From: a bacterium
GTDB taxonomy: Bacteria; Zhuqueibacterota; Zhuqueibacteria; Oceanimicrobiales; Oceanimicrobiaceae
DNA length: 12,724 bases
Direction: 5' to 3'
Assembly (NCBI GenBank): GCA_046758365.1
Contig: JBHIAC010000095.1
Coordinates: forward strand, 1 to 12,724
The notes beneath the pieces are model-generated. The model saw only the letters and a list, made by a program, of their open reading frames with translations, made no database searches and was not told where the DNA came from. The position numbers were made by a program, and so were the translations under genes. Positions 8,541-12,724 of this stretch are shown in pieces (position 1 is the first letter of the stretch; each line of letters opens with the position of its first letter).

Positions 8541-9886
8541 TATCCAAATATTTTTTCAACGTTGGATACTGCTTTGGGTAAGGCAAATACAACGACTTTG
8601 TCATGTGGTTGAATCAAAGAACTTCCCACCGGGACAAAAACCTTGCCGTTTCGGGTTACGGCACCGATGATAGCACCTTCCGGAAATTTTATATCTTTTA
8701 AAGGTTTTTTAACAATCTTTGAACCTTCCTGAGCAATCAATTCAATAGCCTCAGCATCGATTCCTTTTAAAGTTGCCACTGAAACGACCTCGGCTCTATG
8801 AATAAAGCGGGCGATGGCATTGGCGGTAATCATGCGCTTGTCTACCGCAACATCTAGACCGATAGAAGTCATTAGGGGCATATAATTGGCCTGGGTTACC
8901 ATCGTAATACTTCGGCGCACCCCTAAATGTTTAGCTAATAAAGAAGTAATTATATTTGTTTCTTCATCGTCGGTCACTGCAACAAAAGCGTCCATATCAA
9001 TGATGCCTTCAGAAGCGAGAAGGTCCACATCGGTTCCATCGCCTCGGATGACTAGAGTTCGCCTAAGCTGGTCAGCCACAAATTGGGATTTCCAGCGGTT
9101 CGACTCTATTAATCGGATGTCTAATTTTTTGTCCTCTTCTAATTCTTGTGCAACCATGCGACCGACCTTGCCCCCGCCTAATATCATTATTTTCTCTATT
9201 CGCTCTTCAGATTTACCACAGAGCTCTAAAAGCTCTGGCACGGATTCGGTTTTAGAAACAACAAAAATCTGATCTCCATTGAAAAAATAGTCTTCTCCAG
9301 TCGGAATGATAGTTTTTCCGTTACGAAAAATGGCTACCGTTCTAAAGGTTAGGTTTGGTATACTTAAACTTACCTGCCGAAGTTTATTTGACAAGATTTT
9401 TGCCTTGGTATCCAGCCTCAAACCAACTAATTGAATTGCGCCTTCCGCAAATTCAATTACATCTGTTGCCGCAGAACGCCGAATAAGCCAAACAATTTCA
9501 TGGGCTGTTTCCAACTCAGGGTTAATCATAAGGTCGATACCTAACTGTTCTGGTGCTAATACAGCATTTTGAGCTGTATACTCCGGGTTTCTCACTCGAG
9601 CAATTTTTTTAGGGACTCCAAATTTGTCAGCCAACATACAGGCTATGATATTCACTTCATCGATGGCAGAAACAGCTATCAATAGTTCGGCTTCCTTGAT
9701 GCCTGCCTCCACAAGAGTATGAACGCTCGCCCCGCTTCCTGCAATGGCCATAATATCCAATGATTCATCTGCCATTTTTAATTTTTCTGTATCGGGCTCA
9801 ATCATCACCACCTGATGATTTTCTTTTGAGAAAATCTTTGCTAAATGATGACCAACTTCGCCGCCACCAATAATGATGATTCTCAA
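8540..9886 (-). CDS. trkA: Trk system potassium uptake regulatory protein TrkA (two RCK N/C pairs)
   Basis: Two Rossmann motifs (IIIIGGGEVG and IMILGGGKVG), DEVNIIAC..KIARVRNPEY, 448 aa. TTG start with AGGAG RBS at 9900-9896. Confidence 0.97.
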   Translation of the reverse strand: MRIIIIGGGEVGHHLAKIFSKENHQVVMIEPDTEKLKMADESLDIMAIAGSGASVHTLVEAGIKEAELLIAVSAIDEVNIIACMLADKFGVPKKIARVRNPEYTAQNAVLAPEQLGIDLMINPELETAHEIVWLIRRSAATDVIEFAEGAIQLVGLRLDTKAKILSNKLRQVSLSIPNLTFRTVAIFRNGKTIIPTGEDYFFNGDQIFVVSKTESVPELLELCGKSEERIEKIMILGGGKVGRMVAQELEEDKKLDIRLIESNRWKSQFVADQLRRTLVIRGDGTDVDLLASEGIIDMDAFVAVTDDEETNIITSLLAKHLGVRRSITMVTQANYMPLMTSIGLDVAVDKRMITANAIARFIHRAEVVSVATLKGIDAEAIELIAQEGSKIVKKPLKDIKFPEGAIIGAVTRNGKVFVPVGSSLIQPHDKVVVFALPKAVSNVEKIFG

Positions 9887-9898
9887 AATTTTTATCTC

Positions 9899-10176
9899 CT
9901 AATTTAATATTTCCTTGAACATCATTAAAACTTTATCAATATCTTGATGAGTGACCTCTACATGACGTTTCAAATTTCGTAGCTTCGCTAATTCGTATAA
10001 TCGAGCCAATTGCGCCAGTGGGAAAATGGTACCTCCGGCGCTATTGTGGGTACTCTCTACGACGATTTCAGCCGATTGCAGATAATAATACTGCGGTGGA
10101 TTAATAACCACTGCCACCTGATCAACGGTAATGATACCTTTTCCCCCGCAATAGGCCGCCTCTGCACACCTGAAAG
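9899..10176 (-). pseudogene. ltaE: Relic of low-specificity L-threonine aldolase (5'-truncated, frameshifted, large internal deletion)
   Basis: Joining two frames gives LSGVQRRPIAGE/KGIITVDQVAVVINPPQYYY..IVVESTHNSAGGTIFPL..LYELAK..NLKRH|VEVTHQDIDKVLMMFKEILN. This resembles the LtaE mid-section (ENTHN.AGG..PL) joined directly to the C-terminal helix. The HLDGAR motif and the PLP-lysine region are absent. Confidence 0.8.
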
Positions 10177-10201
10177 AAAAGATGTAACAATTTTGCTGTA
10201 T

Positions 10202-10230
10202 AGTTTAATATATTCTAATTTAATTTGCAA
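10202..10230 (-). promoter_or_regulatory. Putative sigma70 promoter for the (ltaE relic)-trkA-trkH-SBP-kinase operon
   Basis: Minus strand TTGCAA (10230-10225), 17-nt spacer, TAAACT (10207-10202). The AT-rich context lowers specificity. Confidence 0.5.
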
Positions 10231-10266
10231 GCGAAAAAATGCTCTTAAAGTAATATGAAAATTTTC

Positions 10267-10295
10267 TTGACTAAATGAAATATAATATTTAAATT
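10267..10295 (+). promoter_or_regulatory. Putative sigma70 promoter upstream of the long leader and HNH gene
   Basis: TTGACT (10267-10272), 17-nt spacer, TAAATT (10290-10295). The predicted start near 10302 is just before the first long stem. Confidence 0.55.
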
Positions 10296-10302
10296 AATCA
10301 AT

Positions 10303-10620
10303 AAATAACGTAGGTGCAATAAGGTAAGAAGCTAAATATTTTAATTTAAACATATTGAATGTACAATTGCTAATAGTTGAGATTATCCTGTTTTTGCACC
10401 AACGTCATAAATTATTTGGATAAGTGTAGAATCAGTACCTTAAGCTTTATATCGGAATGATACGAATTATTTTAAAATAAAGAGTAGAATCGATAGCTCG
10501 AATTAATATTAAAATGAGAATAGAGAAAAAAAATTTAATAAAAAAGATTAGGCGAGGCCCTGCGAGAGGAAATTTATCGACCAAGGTACACGAAAATCTA
10601 AAGCACTATAAGCGCTCAAG
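10303..10620 (+). ncRNA. Candidate structured non-coding RNA or long 5' leader upstream of the HNH nuclease; family not recognised, strand not certain
   Basis: Domain 1: ACGTAGGTGCAA (10308-10319) pairs with TTGCACCAACGT (10394-10405). Domain 2 is nested: GTACCTT (10435-10441)/AAGGTAC (10583-10589), TCGATAG (10490-10496)/TTATCGA (10574-10580), CTCG/CGAG, TATTAAA (10507-10513)/TTTAATA (10534-10540). No ORF of 60 aa or more. Confidence 0.4.
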
Positions 10621-10653
10621 AAAAAAACAATTGGATTTAAAGGAAATCAAAGA

Positions 10654-11163
10654 ATGTACACACAAGTATTAGTATTAAATGCCAGCTACGAACCCATTCA
10701 TATTTGCGGAGTACATCGTGCTATTATATTAATTATAAAAGGTTTAGCTCGGAGTGAGCAAGATACGCATTACCTTATGAGATCGCCTTCGACGGCGATT
10801 CCTGTTCCCGCAGTCATTCGCCTTGTTCATTATGTACAAATTCCGTATCGGAAAAAAGTATACTCTAAAAAGCATATTTTTTTAAGGGATAATAACACCT
10901 GCCAATACTGTGGCAAAATGGGTATGCCCAACGAATTGACCTTAGATCATATTTTACCTCAATCGCGGGGGGGTAAAAGCGTTTGGGAAAATTTGGTGAC
11001 CTGTTGCAAAAAGTGTAATATCAAAAAAGGTGATCAAACTCCAAAAGAAGCCGGATTAAGGGTATTGAAAAAACCCAAACCTCTCAGCAGCTATTTTTAT
11101 TTGCATTTAGTTCGATCCAGAGCACGAGACAACGAATATTGGAGAAAATATTTGTATTATTAG
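10654..11163 (+). CDS. Small standalone HNH endonuclease (McrA/HNH_5-like, zinc-binding) with PLMP/RRXRR-like N-terminal segment
   Basis: RDNNTCQYCG..LTLDHILPQSRGG..WENLVTCCKKCNIKKG contains two CxxC pairs and intact D-H/N/N residues. N-terminus VLVLNASYEPIHICGVHRAIILIIKGLA. AAGGA RBS at 10640-10644. Confidence 0.93.
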   Translation: MYTQVLVLNASYEPIHICGVHRAIILIIKGLARSEQDTHYLMRSPSTAIPVPAVIRLVHYVQIPYRKKVYSKKHIFLRDNNTCQYCGKMGMPNELTLDHILPQSRGGKSVWENLVTCCKKCNIKKGDQTPKEAGLRVLKKPKPLSSYFYLHLVRSRARDNEYWRKYLYY

Positions 11164-11165
11164 TA

Positions 11166-11320
11166 CCTAAATTGAGCGATTTTTCCTGCTGGGGGAGGTT
11201 CGGTGTTCAAGCTTTAGCTTGTAGTGGCAGGCGTAAATACCACGCTAAAGCGTGAACACCCAACGTTCTCTACGCCTAAACCCGTTTATGAAACAATTTT
11301 AGGCAGAATCGCTCAATTAG
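11166..11320 (+). mobile_element. Complete 155-bp MITE-like element with about 22-bp imperfect terminal inverted repeats, flanked by TA on both sides
   Basis: Left end CCTAAATTGAGCGATTTTTCCT (11166-11187), right end AGGCAGAATCGCTCAATTAG (11301-11320). TA at 11164-11165 and 11321-11322. No coding capacity. A second copy lies at 30-161. Confidence 0.85.
11202..11260. repeat. REP doublet (REPIN-like) inside MITE copy 2
   Basis: GGTGTTCAAGCTTTAGCTTG (11202-11221) and CACGCTAAAGCGTGAACACC (11241-11260), 19-nt spacer. Confidence 0.8.
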
Positions 11321-11349
11321 TAATTAAAACGGGTGGATGGGGCATATAG

Positions 11350-11384
11350 AAGCCTGGTGGAATGATTTCCATCAGGCTTTTTTT
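11350..11384 (+). terminator. Rho-independent terminator, probably ending the HNH transcript
   Basis: AAGCCTGGTGGAA-TGAT-TTCCATCAGGCTT forms a 13-bp stem with one G-U pair, running into T7 (11378-11384). Confidence 0.85.
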
Positions 11385-11448
11385 GTCAACTTGCTTCGTA
11401 CTTCCCAGAGGACCGGTCGGAAAGTGCTCCTTTGACAAATTATACCAC

Positions 11449-11709
11449 CAAGCATCCATTTTCGATGCCGATATGCAGTACCTTGATAAAGTAGGTCGTG
11501 ACAGCTTTTTGGTTTCCTTGCAGTTAATCGTCATCGTATTTTCCATGACGAGGATTTTGCCGAACTTTATTGTCTTTGACAATGACCGTGAGGGTGTTCC
11601 GCCTTCGATTGTGGCCATTTCCTTGCTTTTACAGACCTATAACCCGTTAGCGATGAGAAGTGGTTCAGCGCCCACTTTTGATGTCCTCTGGTGTGTTGCC
11701 CAAGCCGTA
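11449..11709 (+). pseudogene. Degenerate N-terminal fragment of an IS1182/IS5-like DDE transposase (DUF772-type domain)
   Basis: Switching frames reconstructs QASIFDADMQYLDKVGRDSF/GFLAVNRHRIFHDEDFAELYC/DNDREGVPPSIVAISLLLQTYN/VSDEK../FDVLWCVA. This resembles the pattern F.DEDFA.LYC.DNGRPSVPP..LA..LLLQ....SD.E....FDLRW..A. About four frameshifts, no catalytic domain. Confidence 0.8.
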
Positions 11710-11746
11710 ACTATTTTCCTGTTAATGATTAGTAAATCCCTTAACT

Positions 11747-12724
11747 TCATTTCATATAAATGGATTTTTTAACCGCCGATACTTGACCGTTTATCATGAT
11801 TTTGTAGAAGTACAACCCCGAGCTTATTCCACTCGCATTCCAGATCACCGAATGAAACCCGGCCGTTTTACGCTCATTAACCAGAGTTTCAACCAACTGA
11901 CCGGTAATGTTAAAAATAGAAATATTTACGTCGGCCGATTGTGGAAGATAATAAGAAATTGTAGTTGTGGGATTAAACGGATTCGGGTAGTTTTGCGCAA
12001 GCTCGAAGGTACGGGGCGTTTGACTAAGCCGACTTAGTGGACTCCCCACCGGGGCATGCAGGATCGGGAGGTATTGCACTTTTCCCTGGCGATTATCATC
12101 CTCATAATCCTCGATCAAGACATCGATGGAGTCGGTATCGGTGGTTCCCCACCAGTTGTAGCTCGCATCTACCGAAGCGGCAGACTGCCAGATCGACACT
12201 GCAATATCATTATCATACATGTTGTTGTTGTGAATCCCGGCTTCAGAATTGTAATAGATCAATATTCCTTGCCGCTGACAATCTGTAATGGTGTTGTCGG
12301 TGATCAATATATTAAAAGAGAGATAGGCGATATCGATGGCGGTAATCGAGGGACCATCAAAAGTATTGCCCTGAATTTCAATGTTTCTGGCAAAATTCAT
12401 CCCTACCCCGGTGACGCAATTGTGAAAAGCATTGTTCTTGACTTTAACCCCTTCGGAGTTCAATATGCCCACATGGGAATTATCAAAGGTATTGTTGACA
12501 ATCTCAAAATTCTGGCGTTGAATAAAATCCGAATTAATCACTACTCCTGAATAGACAAACTGATTGCCGTCGATGACGATGCGTGTATTCTCTTCGTACT
12601 TGTCGTGGCCAATCCGGATACCCCCTTCCGCAAAGTAAAACAAATTGTTTTTAATCACCAGAAGAGTGTCCGGTGCTGGCCTGCCAAAAATTCCTGGCAT
12701 ATACCGAAATAGGTTGTGACTTAT
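11747..12724 (-). CDS. Secreted right-handed parallel beta-helix repeat protein with C-terminal FlgD-Ig / T9SS type-A-like sorting domain (5' end outside the window)
   Basis: Repeated I..N.F..N/G.GI motifs and ASYNWWG. C-terminus FELAQNYPNPFNPTTTISYYLP..IFNITGQLVETLV..WNASGISSGLYFYKI. The frame stays open upstream of the Met at 12700 (ISHNLFRY) to the window edge. Confidence 0.9.
   Translation of the reverse strand: MSHNLFRYMPGIFGRPAPDTLLVIKNNLFYFAEGGIRIGHDKYEENTRIVIDGNQFVYSGVVINSDFIQRQNFEIVNNTFDNSHVGILNSEGVKVKNNAFHNCVTGVGMNFARNIEIQGNTFDGPSITAIDIAYLSFNILITDNTITDCQRQGILIYYNSEAGIHNNNMYDNDIAVSIWQSAASVDASYNWWGTTDTDSIDVLIEDYEDDNRQGKVQYLPILHAPVGSPLSRLSQTPRTFELAQNYPNPFNPTTTISYYLPQSADVNISIFNITGQLVETLVNERKTAGFHSVIWNASGISSGLYFYKIMINGQVSAVKKSIYMK

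Noticed and set aside
4673..9272. Plus-strand ORFs 4673-4855, 4975-5169, 5624-5869, 7375-7581, 8188-8451, 8886-9272
   Set aside because: Antisense shadows of the kinase, trkH and trkA genes.
10010..10258. 82-aa plus-strand ORF
   Set aside because: Antisense to the ltaE relic and runs across the predicted promoter. No motif or RBS.
9887..10260. c-di-AMP (ydaO) or other riboswitch upstream of the K+ transport operon
   Set aside because: No recognisable consensus. The leader is explained by the ltaE relic.
10300..10650. tRNA, tmRNA, SRP, RNase P, 6S or T-box identity for the HNH leader
   Set aside because: No cloverleaf, T-loop with CCA end or family signature could be found by eye. GAGGAAA at about 10566 is not followed by the RNase P GTCC.
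10654..11163. Calling the HNH protein IscB or Cas9-like
   Set aside because: At 169 aa it has no RuvC motifs or Arg-rich bridge helix. Only the PLMP-like and HNH parts are present.
11202..11260. REP palindromes next to an HNH nuclease read as a mini CRISPR array
   Set aside because: The units are inverted rather than direct, there are only two, and the spacer is nearly identical in the copy at 92-150. No cas genes are present.
11313..11772. ORFs 11313-11618 (-) and 11362-11772 (+) as intact genes
   Set aside because: The plus ORF starts inside a terminator and is only intermittently in the frame of the transposase relic. The minus ORF is its antisense shadow.
11783..12550. Plus-strand ORFs 11783-12037, 12037-12288, 12056-12550
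   Set aside because: Antisense shadows of the beta-helix gene.

Overview
Bacterial chromosomal window, probably from an FCB-group lineage such as KSB1 or Calditrichota. This is inferred only from the NYPNPFNP-type C-terminal sorting domain of the last gene. On the minus strand are a decayed threonine aldolase (ltaE) relic, a tightly coupled operon (trkA, trkH, a shortened family-5 solute-binding protein, a Cache/HAMP histidine kinase), a TolB-propeller/PA/M28/PDZ peptidase and two small membrane-protein genes, the last of them truncated. Divergently on the plus strand, a 169-aa HNH nuclease with a PLMP-like N-terminus follows about 350 nt of non-coding DNA containing nested inverted repeats. 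After it come a 155-bp MITE carrying a REP doublet, an intrinsic terminator, a frameshifted IS1182-like transposase relic missed by the ORF track, and the 3' part of a convergent secreted beta-helix protein gene. A second, inverted and truncated MITE copy at 30-161 means about 11.3 kb is bracketed by near-identical inverted repeats. The best candidates for new biology are the HNH gene with its putative structured RNA (possibly IshB/OMEGA-related), the TIR+REP hybrid element, and the orphan SBP/kinase pair fused to the Trk operon.
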